DNA of 64,000 bases. Origin: Candidatus Onstottus frigus (lineage in GTDB: Bacteria > Acidobacteriota > Blastocatellia > UBA7656). Positions 1-9,448 of this stretch are shown piece after piece. The stretch is from NCBI GenBank assembly GCA_038040445.1, contig JBBPIG010000001.1:301768-365767 (forward strand), in the 5' to 3' direction. The position numbers and the translations under genes are program-made. Below the pieces are notes generated by a model that was given only the letters and a program-made list of their open reading frames with translations, did no database searches and was not told the origin of the DNA. Within the stretch, counting starts at the first letter, position 1. Each line of letters begins with the position of its first letter.

Positions 1-336
1 AGTAAGTGAGTCCAGCCCAATAGTGTCAGCAGTGATGACACTATCAAGCCGTGACCATGGTGGTTGACGGTCCAGCCGATCGCCGCGAGTTGTCCGGGAA
101 TGGCCCTTAGACTGTGAGAGTATTCGGACCTTACCGCCGCCTCTTTCTCGGTGCTCCTCGCAACGGTTCGGAGCACATGGCTTCTGCAGGAACGTCTTTT
201 CGACGTGGAAGTATTCGGACACGGGAAGCGTCTTTCTTTAACTACGAACAAGCCACCGTCAAATAGACAATGCAACCTATTGACTTGAAAGGGGCGGCCC
301 TCAGCAAAGGCGGTCATCTTTGTATAAACTAATTGT

Positions 337-2031
337 CTAATCATCGGCTTCATCGCCCGTCTTATACAATACCCATTTCGCTGCTCGGGTAGCGCCTTGA
401 GGCCGGACTAGCTTTTCTCGCTTCATCTCCTGAAGCAGGTTCGTTACAAAATTCCGCTTTTGCATCTCATCCAGCACGTCCGAAAGCTTTTCCACCAGCA
501 ACCGATCCATCTCAGGCCGCGATGCTTCTCCAAACCTCTCGAGGTAAGAGATCACCATACTCTTGTAATGAGCCTTATCAAACGCTCGATGTTTGATGTA
601 TGCCGCCTTGTCCCCAGTCGCAGCCGCGACCCTTGCAGAGACAAAGAGATTGGGCCGCCGCCCTTCGATCAGTTTCCGTTGCTTGAGGCGTTTGAAGGCC
701 TCATTATCGAGCAGTCTTTTCTTCTGCACCTTATCAAGCGCGATCACATCCATCAGATCAATCTCCGTCCGACTCATCAACAAGCGGGTGTAGTTTTCAT
801 CGAGCTCCCGGCCCGTAAGCCTGACCGCAACCTTATTCGGTTCACCCAACTCGTAATCAGGCATCGGGAAGCTGCGCTGCCATTGCAGCGTGAACATCTT
901 CTTGATCCCGCTGCCTATGGTATCGATCATGTTCAGATTCACCATTGCCTGAGCGAGGAAGGGATTTCGGTAAACCTCCGGCGGCGCATCGCTGCGGATC
1001 ATGTCTTCCACGGTTCCCGGAATGAACGACCCCAGGTTAGTAAAGAAGAGCGATTCCGGTGTCTCCACCACGTTGATGCGCCCGCCCACGGTGTAGTCCT
1101 GATGGGCAATGCAATTGTGCAAAGTCTCGCGAATGACCCACGGCTCGTATTGCGTGACTTCGTGCGGGAACAAGGTGCCGCTGGGCAACTGCCGGATGGT
1201 GAGATTGCGAATCTTGCCGAGCACCTGATCGCTCGCCAGAATCAGTGGCAGACCGAAATGCTGGTAGTCCTTTTCCAGGTTCCGCTCGTCACGCAACACC
1301 CAGGTGATCCGGGCCTGCGCTGGAGACAGGTAGTGGGTGGATTCGTCTTTGCCCAGTAACAGCAGGGCCGTGTGGGTCACCTTCCCGCCGATGCAAACCT
1401 TTGCCTTGTTTAAGAAGGTCGCATCATCCCAGGTAGAGGACGCCGCTGCGGCTTTTGGATTCTTTTCCTTATATTGGGCGCGCGCAAATTGGAGCGCCTG
1501 CGGGTCGAGGTCAGCCAGACTCGCGCCTTCCACTACCTGCGCAGACCAATCCTGGCGAGTGCTGGAAAGAATATGCCAGAGCTTGCGCTCTTTCTCCTGG
1601 TAATCCTTGAGCTTCTTATTGTAGCTGCCGACGCGGATGAATTCTTCGCCCTGAAAGCGAACCGGAGCCGTGTTGGCAGCCTGAATCTCGAACAGAACCA
1701 TCGGTAGTCCGTTCCGCTCGAATTCGTGAATCGTGAAATCAATCCGAGGGCTAAGCAGTCGAAGCAGCCAGTTCTCCAGTTCCTCATTGCCGACCTTCGC
1801 CCGTCGCGGCTGAAACGTAGTGCCCAGAACATTGTGAGTGCGGTCTTCGACACCCCATACGATGTAACCGGCCCGTTTGCCATGCAACACGGCCCCGTTC
1901 GAAATGGCAGAAATGTATTCACCGATCTTTACTGGATTCGCATTGTTGTGCTTGAACTCCACCCATTCCGTTTCGGCATCCAGCGGAAGGAGTGCATCCA
2001 GCTTTTTCTGCGGGTCGGTCGTTGCCATCAC
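337..2031 (-). CDS. AlbA_2 (divergent AAA, Schlafen-like) N-terminal plus HATPase_c_4 C-terminal domain protein; often mis-annotated as RecG-like helicase or transcriptional regulator
   Basis: 564-aa ORF. Domain-level resemblance to the AlbA_2/HATPase_c_4 architecture, from memory of family features; no search run. Co-directional with and immediately downstream of hsdM-hsdS. Confidence 0.6.
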   Translation of the reverse strand: MMATTDPQKKLDALLPLDAETEWVEFKHNNANPVKIGEYISAISNGAVLHGKRAGYIVWGVEDRTHNVLGTTFQPRRAKVGNEELENWLLRLLSPRIDFTIHEFERNGLPMVLFEIQAANTAPVRFQGEEFIRVGSYNKKLKDYQEKERKLWHILSSTRQDWSAQVVEGASLADLDPQALQFARAQYKEKNPKAAAASSTWDDATFLNKAKVCIGGKVTHTALLLLGKDESTHYLSPAQARITWVLRDERNLEKDYQHFGLPLILASDQVLGKIRNLTIRQLPSGTLFPHEVTQYEPWVIRETLHNCIAHQDYTVGGRINVVETPESLFFTNLGSFIPGTVEDMIRSDAPPEVYRNPFLAQAMVNLNMIDTIGSGIKKMFTLQWQRSFPMPDYELGEPNKVAVRLTGRELDENYTRLLMSRTEIDLMDVIALDKVQKKRLLDNEAFKRLKQRKLIEGRRPNLFVSARVAAATGDKAAYIKHRAFDKAHYKSMVISYLERFGEASRPEMDRLLVEKLSDVLDEMQKRNFVTNLLQEMKREKLVRPQGATRAAKWVLYKTGDEADD

Positions 2032-2046
2032 AGGTTCGACTCGAGT

Positions 2047-2310
2047 TTAGTTCGGCTCTTTGTTTGTGTGCTTACGCGCGCGGACTATCAACGCCTTTAC
2101 TTCGGGTGATGGCCAGTTTGGCAGGTCGGCCGGCGGTTCGTCCACCAGCGTGGCAGCCTGATAGCCAAGAATGAGCGCCCGAATATCCGCTAGCAACTGC
2201 TGAAAAGCAAGGTGAGCCTCCAGCGTGCGGGAGGCCTTACGTCTCTTCCCGTGCGCCGCGGCCTTGGATCGCTTGGTACTCATTGGACTAAGCCACCTCC
2301 GATTCTTCAA
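2047..2310 (-). CDS. small basic hypothetical protein (87 aa) filling the hsdS to AlbA_2 gap; overlaps the hsdS 3' end by 23 nt
   Basis: ORF fills the whole 257-nt gap and is co-oriented with the operon. Lys/Arg-rich N-terminus. No recognisable family; could be spurious. Confidence 0.25.
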   Translation of the reverse strand: MKNRRWLSPMSTKRSKAAAHGKRRKASRTLEAHLAFQQLLADIRALILGYQAATLVDEPPADLPNWPSPEVKALIVRARKHTNKEPN

Positions 2311-3598
2311 CCTGTATGCGCACGTGCCCGGTCAGCAGGTCGTGCATCAGGCCGTGTTTTTGCTGGCGCAGTTTTGCGAGGTGAGTAGCGTTCGCTGCCT
2401 CGTCCTCGCGGTACGCAAGACTGGCAGAAACAATCAACTGCTGTTCGTCAGGTGGCGGAACGCCAATCTGCATGCCGCTGAGCGCTCTGCGGTTGATCGT
2501 GTTTAGCCCCGAGCTAGTTGCACAGTTCAACTCCCAATAGTGTTGGGCGTGAAACGAATTCAACCAAAGCAATGAATAGCGGGGATCGCATCGAATCGCG
2601 CGTAGCCGGAAGAGATGATTCTGAAAGAGCATTCCCTCGGCATCGTTGAGCACCATTGCACAGCGACCGATTTCTTGCCGATTGGCGTGCCCTTCAACGA
2701 CGAGCAGATCGAACGTCTTGAGAGCAGTATTTTCAATCTCGCCGGGAAACGCCTCTAGTTGAGCCACATCATCGAGCACAATACTGTCTCGGAACACATT
2801 CGCGACACGAAGATAGGGATGGGGCGTGTTATTCGCCCGGCGATGAGGCCCAAGGGTAATTCCTGAATCGACGACGAACTCTGCAGCGCAACTTGAAAGC
2901 TGCCAGGTCTTCGGGATCCAGCCGAGGGAAGACTCATTGTAGAGATGGGGTGCGTGGACGCGGCTCGGGCGGAGGTGTCCGTCGGAGGTAACGCCGCGGG
3001 TGAGCAGGTCGTGCATCAACCCCGCCTTAATCTGCTGATACTTCGCGATCAGTTCCTCCGTTTGCCTGATCTCCCCATCGATCAGATCGAGGATGTCGGC
3101 AAAGCGTCGCTGTACCCTAATGTCCGGAATAGGGAAGTCGAATCGCTCAAATACGTTTTGATACAGGTGATTGATCGTCGAGCCGGCTAGATGCAAACGA
3201 AGGAATATGGCGAAGAGATGCGATTGCAGCAAGTGATACAGGAATCGGTGTTCGTAGCTTCCATCGGAGCAACGGATAAGAAAGATGCCGCTATTTAAGA
3301 CTGCCTTTGTCGGGCAAGCAGTGACATAAGCAACCTTCCCAATTGTTCCGTCCTTAGTGATGAGAAGATCGCCATCGCGAATATGAATGTATCTTCCCTC
3401 CTGAAACCGCTGTTCGGTTACGTGATAGCAGGTGCTCCACTCTATCCTTCCGTTTCGAAAATCCGTCCCGGTGATTAGGTATGGACCATGGTCCGTGAAC
3501 TCGCTTGCCTTCAGACCGTGCCAGCCAATCCGACCCTTGAGATATGAGGATGCCTTGATCGTTGTTTGTGGCCACTCAAATTGGACCAAGTTACTCAT
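2288..3598 (-). CDS. hsdS: type I restriction-modification specificity subunit HsdS (two target-recognition domains)
   Basis: 436 aa. Two repeated TRD-like halves with conserved central and distal helices typical of HsdS (e.g. [14 protein letters not shown]). 8-nt overlap with the hsdM stop. Lower GC than flanks. Confidence 0.85.
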   Translation of the reverse strand: MSNLVQFEWPQTTIKASSYLKGRIGWHGLKASEFTDHGPYLITGTDFRNGRIEWSTCYHVTEQRFQEGRYIHIRDGDLLITKDGTIGKVAYVTACPTKAVLNSGIFLIRCSDGSYEHRFLYHLLQSHLFAIFLRLHLAGSTINHLYQNVFERFDFPIPDIRVQRRFADILDLIDGEIRQTEELIAKYQQIKAGLMHDLLTRGVTSDGHLRPSRVHAPHLYNESSLGWIPKTWQLSSCAAEFVVDSGITLGPHRRANNTPHPYLRVANVFRDSIVLDDVAQLEAFPGEIENTALKTFDLLVVEGHANRQEIGRCAMVLNDAEGMLFQNHLFRLRAIRCDPRYSLLWLNSFHAQHYWELNCATSSGLNTINRRALSGMQIGVPPPDEQQLIVSASLAYREDEAANATHLAKLRQQKHGLMHDLLTGHVRIQVEESEVA

Positions 3599-6068
3599 AC
3601 CCCAACTCCGACAGAAACGTCTTCAGCTTGACCGCTGCTGCATCGCGTTTGGCCTCGATGTCCTTCGCGGTGACCGCATACTTCGCGTGCAGGTTTTCCA
3701 GCGCGGCGCGGCAGGCGCGTTGGTCGGCTCGAAGGTAGCCTTCATACGTTTGCACGAGCAGGCGGTGCAAGCGCTCTAGAATCACGCGGCGGGCCTCGTC
3801 GCGGTCGATCTTCTCGCGGGCAGCGGCGACGAGTTCCTCCTCCTTCTTCTCGGTCGCACGCAAGTCGCTCTTCAACTGTTTTGCTTGGTCTTCCAAGGCT
3901 TTGTGACGGGCGAGCCGCGCAGTGGCGGCCTGAGCGCGCGCTTGAAACGCCGTTGCGTCGCGCTTCTCTCGTTTCGCAAGCCTGGCCTGCGCGTTGGCTT
4001 CTTTGATCTCAGCCTTGAGAGCTCTGACTTCTTCGGCGGGCAGCACGCCGCAGTCGTCGCTGTCCTCGTAATCTTCTTCATCGGCCGCCGCAAAGAGCGC
4101 GGACAGTTCCGCGAGCCGCAGCCGCTTCTCCTCCATCTCGGCGAGCACTTCTGGAAACTGGCTCTGAAGAATCTCGTCGTCCGGGATGAGCTCCGCGCCC
4201 CACCCGCTTGCGGCGATGGATTTGAGGTCGGCTTTCAGATCGTCCACGTAGCGGGCGAACGCTCCGCGAATCTGGTGATCGGTCAGCAAGTCCTGCCCGG
4301 CAAACGTTTCCGAGATGTTGGACAGAAGTTGCCGCCGCAGTTCATAGACATTTCCTCGCGTTCCGTTCCTTGGCTCGAGAGCTTCGACGAGCGGGCGATC
4401 CCTCTGCCACCACGACTCAAGCGTTTGGAGAAATCGCGCTTGCGCCGCCGCTACGCCGGGATCGGTTTTGACTAGCCCGGCCAAAGCGCGCCGGTCAGCG
4501 ACGGCGGGAGTGAAATCAGAGTAGACGGCGTTCGTAGTTCCGGCTTCAGCCGCCCGCGGCGCAAACACTCGTTCGCGAAGTCCGGGATAGTTCTTCCAGA
4601 AATGACTGAGCGCGTCGATCTCAGTCACCGGCACGCCGCCGTGCAGATGAGCACGCACGTCGTGGGGTTCGGGCGGCGGAGCGTTGTCCACGTAGCGCCG
4701 GATGTTGCAGTTGTAATCCTCGGCGGCGATCTCACTCACCGAAACACGGCGCGCGTAGCCTTCGACGTCTTTCTGCTCGCGATAGGCGTGGACGATCTTC
4801 GAGATGTCTTCGGGGCGAAGAAAGTTCTGTGCCTTGCCTTCGCGATACTCGCGGTCTGCATTGATAAAGAAGACGTGTTTGCGAGTCGCGGCATCTTTCT
4901 TGTTTATCACCAGCACGCAAGCCGGGATGCCCGTGCCGTAGAACAACCCGGCCGGCAATCCAATGACAGCGTCCAGCCACCCGCGTCCGATGAAGTGCTT
5001 GCGAGCTTCTTTCTCTTCGCCGCCCCGGAACAGCACGCCGTGAGGCATGATCGTCGCCATCTTTCCGTCGGCCTTGAGCACGGCAACCATGTGCTGGACG
5101 AACATCAGGTCGGCCTTCTTGCCCTTCTCCGGCAGCCACACGGCGAAGCGGCCGGGATACTCGATGTCTTTCTTGATGTAGTTCTGGCTGAAGGGCGGAT
5201 TGGCAAGCACGCGATCGTAGCGTTTGAGTTCGTTGCTTTCATCCTTGTGCTGAGGTCTGCGAATAGTGTCCTCCTGACGAATATCGGCATGGGAGATACC
5301 GTGGAGGAGCATGTTCATTTTGCAGATCGACCATGTCGTGCCGATGCTCTCCTGCCCGAAGAGCGAGAGGTCGCGCGGATCGCCGCCGCATTCGCGGATG
5401 TAGTCGCGCGTCTGAATGAGCATGCCGCCGGAGCCGCACGTAGGATCGTAGATGCTTGTGCCCGGCTGAGGATCAACGATCTCGACCAGCGTCCGTACAA
5501 CGTCTGCCGGAGTGTAGAACTCACCGGCCTTCTTGCCGGCCGAGTCAGCGAAGAACTTGATCAAGTATTCGTAGGCTGCGCCGAGCAGGTCGGGGAACTC
5601 AAAGTTCTCATCGCGCAGCGGGATCTTTTCGAAGTTCTGAATGAAGTTCGACAGCGTGTCATCGTCAAGCGATCGCTGGCCGATCTTACGGTTGAAGTTG
5701 ATGCCTTTGAGCACGTCCTGGAGGGCATCCACGTTCGCGTCTTCAAGAGCTTCGAGGGCTTTGTTGAGGGCGGTGCCGACGTTCGTCTTCAGATGACGAA
5801 TCTCTGACCAGTGCGCCTCTTGCGGGACGAAGAAGGTGTACTTATCCGGATTAGCGAGTTGAGCTGCGATGACCGCCTCATCCATTCCCCTGGCTTTCAG
5901 GTCTTTCGCGATCTGCTCCTTCTCCTGGTCGAACAGGTCGCTCAACCTTTTCAGGAAGAGCATACCGAAGATGTACTCCTTGTATTCGGAGGCATCCATG
6001 TTGCCGCGCAGGTCGTCGCACGCGCGGAACAGAAGACCGGAGAGTTGGCTTAGAGTGAGCTTCGTCAT
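3591..6068 (-). CDS. hsdM: type I restriction-modification N6-adenine DNA methyltransferase subunit HsdM, with a roughly 300-aa coiled-coil C-terminal extension
   Basis: N-terminal HsdM_N-like region. Catalytic motif NPPF ([10 protein letters not shown]) and AdoMet-binding motif ([10 protein letters not shown]). 825 aa with an Ala/Glu/Arg/Lys-rich helical tail. Confidence 0.9.
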   Translation of the reverse strand: MTKLTLSQLSGLLFRACDDLRGNMDASEYKEYIFGMLFLKRLSDLFDQEKEQIAKDLKARGMDEAVIAAQLANPDKYTFFVPQEAHWSEIRHLKTNVGTALNKALEALEDANVDALQDVLKGINFNRKIGQRSLDDDTLSNFIQNFEKIPLRDENFEFPDLLGAAYEYLIKFFADSAGKKAGEFYTPADVVRTLVEIVDPQPGTSIYDPTCGSGGMLIQTRDYIRECGGDPRDLSLFGQESIGTTWSICKMNMLLHGISHADIRQEDTIRRPQHKDESNELKRYDRVLANPPFSQNYIKKDIEYPGRFAVWLPEKGKKADLMFVQHMVAVLKADGKMATIMPHGVLFRGGEEKEARKHFIGRGWLDAVIGLPAGLFYGTGIPACVLVINKKDAATRKHVFFINADREYREGKAQNFLRPEDISKIVHAYREQKDVEGYARRVSVSEIAAEDYNCNIRRYVDNAPPPEPHDVRAHLHGGVPVTEIDALSHFWKNYPGLRERVFAPRAAEAGTTNAVYSDFTPAVADRRALAGLVKTDPGVAAAQARFLQTLESWWQRDRPLVEALEPRNGTRGNVYELRRQLLSNISETFAGQDLLTDHQIRGAFARYVDDLKADLKSIAASGWGAELIPDDEILQSQFPEVLAEMEEKRLRLAELSALFAAADEEDYEDSDDCGVLPAEEVRALKAEIKEANAQARLAKREKRDATAFQARAQAATARLARHKALEDQAKQLKSDLRATEKKEEELVAAAREKIDRDEARRVILERLHRLLVQTYEGYLRADQRACRAALENLHAKYAVTAKDIEAKRDAAAVKLKTFLSELGYE

Positions 6069-6178
6069 CCTTTAGATTTTCTTCTTGAAACCTCAGTCCT
6101 TCCCGAAATGATCGTTCGATGAGTGCAGAAACTGGAACATCGCTGGAGCGCGATAATTGCGGGAGGTTGATAGAAAGG

Positions 6179-6254
<76 letters not shown>

Positions 6255-6344
6255 ACTCCGGTTGTCTTTTTGTTGCTGAAACCAAGCCCTGATCTTAAAC
6301 ATCAAACTCGACACTGTCAACTTTTCGTCATTCTTCGCTTTTAG

Positions 6345-6542
6345 TCACTCTTCGCTCTTGCGCACATAGAGAAGATAAAACAACGCCCATCCAATAAAGC
6401 CCACTACACAGATGATTCCAACCACAAGAAACAACCTGCTGCCGCTGCGAGAGTAACTATAGAAGTTGAAGGCTGCCAGCAATCCGATCAACAGCCCGAA
6501 CTCCACGAATATCTTTAGTCCTCGCTTCCCTGCTTCGTTCAT
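6345..6542 (-). CDS. small two-TM membrane protein (about 66 aa, start taken at MNEAGK)
   Basis: Hydrophobic segments LLIGLLAAFNFY and LVVGIICVVGFIGWALFYLL. The longer ORF in the track would run through the uppP promoter, so the internal start is preferred. Confidence 0.35.
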   Translation of the reverse strand: MNEAGKRGLKIFVEFGLLIGLLAAFNFYSYSRSGSRLFLVVGIICVVGFIGWALFYLLYVRKSEE

Positions 6543-6704
6543 CGAACTCCTCGCGATTGTCTGGTTGACGTTCGGTCTGTCTGAGAGTCGATACAGCCAC
6601 GAACGGCGCTGTGTCAATGTTGGAGATGTCGGTTTCGCGCAAAGCTCGCAGAGATCTCGCAAAGCTCGCAAAGAACACGAAGGCAAAGTAGCCGCGGCAT
6701 TTCG

Positions 6705-6734
6705 TTGACAGGTCCGCGAGCCGCTCGCTAGTAT
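6705..6734 (+). promoter_or_regulatory. sigma70-like promoter for uppP (TTGACA, 18-nt spacer, TAGTAT)
   Basis: TTGACA at 6705-6710 and TAGTAT at 6729-6734. SD AGGAGA at 6761-6766 before the ATG at 6777. Confidence 0.4.
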
Positions 6735-6776
6735 CACTCGCTCGTTGAGCCGGCTCCAACAGGAGATTCTCACTCG

Positions 6777-7634
6777 ATGTCAATTCTCGAAGCCATAGTC
6801 CTGGGCCTGATCCAGGGTCTCACAGAGTTCATACCCGTCAGCAGCACCGCTCACCTCACTCTCGCCGGCAAGTGGATGAACCTCGTCGATCCTCAGCATC
6901 CTGATCAATGGACCGCCTTCATAGCGGTCATCCAACTCGGCACTCTCATCGCCGTGATAGTCTACTTCCGGACTGACATCATCAAGATCATTACCGGTTT
7001 CATATCGGCCAATCTAGCGAGACTCACCGGTCGAGCTGCTGATGAATCACAGAAGCAATACGCAACTCTTGGCTGGCTTATCATTATCGGAACGCTGCCC
7101 GTCGCCATTGTAGGTCTGCTGTTCAGGCATCAGATCGAAGGCATACTCACCAAGGACCTTCGAGTCATTGCCGGCAGCTTGATCGGGTTGGCCCTTGTTC
7201 TCACGGTTGCCGAGATCGTGGGGAACCAGCGCAGAGACATGAAGGACCTGAGGACGTCCGATGCAATTGTCGTTGGGATGGCTCAGGTGTTGGCGCTGGT
7301 ACCGGGCTCGTCGAGATCGGGCAGCACGATCACCGGCGGGTTGTTCTCAGGCTTGAAGCGCGAAACCGCGGCGCGCTTCTCGTTTTTGCTTTCCATTCCG
7401 GCGGTGGCGGCAAGCGGGCTGCTCGAGCTTCCGAAGGCGCTACACTCGATCAACACAGGATGGACGGCGATTGTCGTCGCCACCATCGTGTCCGGCATCT
7501 CGGGCTATCTGTCCATCGCGTTCCTGCTCAGATATCTTCAACGCCACACGACCTACGTGTTCGTCGCTTATCGGATTGCACTGGGTCTTTTGCTGATCTG
7601 GCTGGTTGTTTCGGGGCGAGTTCTCCCGAGGTAG
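6777..7634 (+). CDS. uppP: undecaprenyl-diphosphate phosphatase (UppP/BacA)
   Basis: N-terminal MSILEAIVLGLIQGLTEFIPVSSTAHL and multiple TM segments typical of BacA. 285 aa. Confidence 0.9.
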   Translation: MSILEAIVLGLIQGLTEFIPVSSTAHLTLAGKWMNLVDPQHPDQWTAFIAVIQLGTLIAVIVYFRTDIIKIITGFISANLARLTGRAADESQKQYATLGWLIIIGTLPVAIVGLLFRHQIEGILTKDLRVIAGSLIGLALVLTVAEIVGNQRRDMKDLRTSDAIVVGMAQVLALVPGSSRSGSTITGGLFSGLKRETAARFSFLLSIPAVAASGLLELPKALHSINTGWTAIVVATIVSGISGYLSIAFLLRYLQRHTTYVFVAYRIALGLLLIWLVVSGRVLPR

Positions 7635-7689
7635 GGATGCGCTTCGAGGTGCCGTGGTCGATTGTGGCCTTACAGGGCCTTACGAGCGC

Positions 7690-8163
7690 CTACCAGAACC
7701 TCAGCCGATGCAGCCACGCAAGCACGGACTGCGAAAAGCTGCGTTTCGGGATAAGCATCTTTATCCGCTCGCCCGCCCTCTCGACTCGTTTGACCCGGCC
7801 AAGAATTCTGTGAAGCGGAACCGGCGAGTCGTTGTGCGTAGCCGCGTCTCCGCGGGTGACTATGCATCGCTCGGATGCGGAACGTTCCAAGCGGATGACT
7901 CGGTGGATGACAGCGGTGTCGTAGCGGCTGTGATAGAGCACGATGTCACCTTGCTTGACTGGTTCTTCGGTCATCGGCTCAAGCGTGATGATGTCGCCGT
8001 CTTCGATGGCCGGACTCATGCTGCTTCCGCTCATACGCAGCTCAACGGGCAGGCTCCGGGACAGTAGCTGACGTGCTTGCTCGAGAAAGTCGGGCGTCTC
8101 TAAAGTGACCTCGCGCCCTCGCTCCGCCTTGATTTCATAGGCGCGCATTGTGCTTCTCCCCAA
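7690..8163 (-). CDS. S24/S26-family serine peptidase-like protein (LexA/signal-peptidase fold)
   Basis: Motif SGSSMSPAIEDGDIITLEP resembles the GDSM/SGSMEP catalytic serine region followed by the GDI/L-hh motif. No N-terminal TM seen. Confidence 0.5.
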   Translation of the reverse strand: MGRSTMRAYEIKAERGREVTLETPDFLEQARQLLSRSLPVELRMSGSSMSPAIEDGDIITLEPMTEEPVKQGDIVLYHSRYDTAVIHRVIRLERSASERCIVTRGDAATHNDSPVPLHRILGRVKRVERAGERIKMLIPKRSFSQSVLAWLHRLRFW

Positions 8164-8348
8164 TTGCGATCCGGCTCTGGATCTAATTGCTCCTGGTTAT
8201 CACTCGACCTCGGATGAGGCGTCAAACAGCTTACGGGAATGATAGCGCAGAAGGAGAGTTGCGAAAAGTGAAAAGCAGAAAACAAGAAAGTTGCAAGGTC
8301 CTCAGCCCGCGTGCATTCGGATTTCGTTTGTAGGGCACGTCAATTCAG

Positions 8349-8810
8349 TCAGCGCTTTCGCAAGATGAGTCTTCTCGAGGGCCCACTTTGGAGCGTGATC
8401 GAATCGCGGCTCCGCTCAGCGATCACGTAGCGTTCGACACGCGCGGCTGCAAGCGGTTCGCCGTTGACCTTCTCTATGTAGATCACAAGCTCGCTGCCGG
8501 CGCCGATCAAGTAAGTACCTTCGTCAATGCGTGGTTTCTCTTGTCTCTTGAAGTTTCCAACGTCATCAAAGCTGAAAATCGTTTTAGGCTCCGCCTGAAC
8601 ATTCTTAGCACGATAAGCGTCTTCTAAAGAACTCAAGTCGAAGTCCCCCGAGAGCCGCTCGCCGGAATCTTCGACCGGATCACCATTGGAGGACTGCGCA
8701 GCTCCCGGTTGCCCCGACTGCCCCGACTGCGGTGACGCGCCGCAGGAGATAACCGCCAGAGCTACAGCTCCAAGCAGACACAGCTTTGCTACTGATATCC
8801 AGCATTGCAT
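8349..8810 (-). CDS. hypothetical lipoprotein
   Basis: Signal peptide with lipobox (AVISCGA). No recognised domain. Confidence 0.45.
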   Translation of the reverse strand: MQCWISVAKLCLLGAVALAVISCGASPQSGQSGQPGAAQSSNGDPVEDSGERLSGDFDLSSLEDAYRAKNVQAEPKTIFSFDDVGNFKRQEKPRIDEGTYLIGAGSELVIYIEKVNGEPLAAARVERYVIAERSRDSITLQSGPSRRLILRKR

Positions 8811-8830
8811 TCGATCGGATGGGTTCCCTA

Positions 8831-9415
8831 CTAGGACGACTTCGGCTTCCCTATTCTTTGGAAGATAGCTGTTGCTCCTTTGTCGGAAGTCAGGCGTAGT
8901 TCGTCGCCATCGGGAGACAGGCTGAACTTGTGCGTCTTTAATAGCGGCGGGCTCTGTATCTTCTTGTTGGCTTGCTGGCCGGACATTTGGATAGTGAGCA
9001 CGAGCTTGTCGGGCGCCTCGACGCGAAACTGACCCGAATCGCTGTGATAGATCTTGCCGTTTGCTTGTGCCGCCCTCGAGTAGGTTCCCTCCGCTGAGAA
9101 CGAGATGAGGGTCCTAATCTTACTGACCAGGGTGACGACCCCCTTGTCCTGGATCTCTCTCGCTTCATAGGTGCCGACCAGTTGCGGCGGCAAGGTCTTG
9201 ACTGGCGCGGGCGTGTCGGTTTCCTTCGACGTGTTCGCGTTGCGATTTGCGCTTGCCGACTGGGCCAGGTTTGAATTGTCAGCCGGGCTTGCATTCGAAG
9301 AAGCCGCCGCGGGCTTCGCCGCGGTGTTGGAGGCGCTCTCCCTGCCTTTGCATCCGACCAGCAAAAGCATCAGCGAGACGAGCAGAACCAACGAACTCGA
9401 GAGTGTTCTTTTCAT
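8831..9415 (-). CDS. hypothetical lipoprotein
   Basis: Signal peptide with lipobox LLVGC. Ala/Ser/Asn-rich linker. Confidence 0.45.
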   Translation of the reverse strand: MKRTLSSSLVLLVSLMLLLVGCKGRESASNTAAKPAAASSNASPADNSNLAQSASANRNANTSKETDTPAPVKTLPPQLVGTYEAREIQDKGVVTLVSKIRTLISFSAEGTYSRAAQANGKIYHSDSGQFRVEAPDKLVLTIQMSGQQANKKIQSPPLLKTHKFSLSPDGDELRLTSDKGATAIFQRIGKPKSS

Positions 9416-9448
9416 TTGTTTGTGTCGATCATCCTTTGCAGTTCTACG

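Noticed and set aside
1-336. Searched for hsdR, an integrase, or a tRNA-derived direct repeat at the left edge
   Set aside because: No ORF of 60 aa or more. Only a weak partial resemblance (tggtgg...gacgg) to the tRNA 3' end. Insufficient to call an att site or any gene.
460-1359. 299-aa ORF antisense to the AlbA_2 gene
   Set aside because: Typical high-GC antisense shadow ORF. The sense-strand gene has a coherent domain structure.
4602-5807. 401-aa ORF antisense to hsdM
   Set aside because: Shadow ORF inside a well-supported HsdM coding sequence. Low-complexity Arg/Ala-rich translation.
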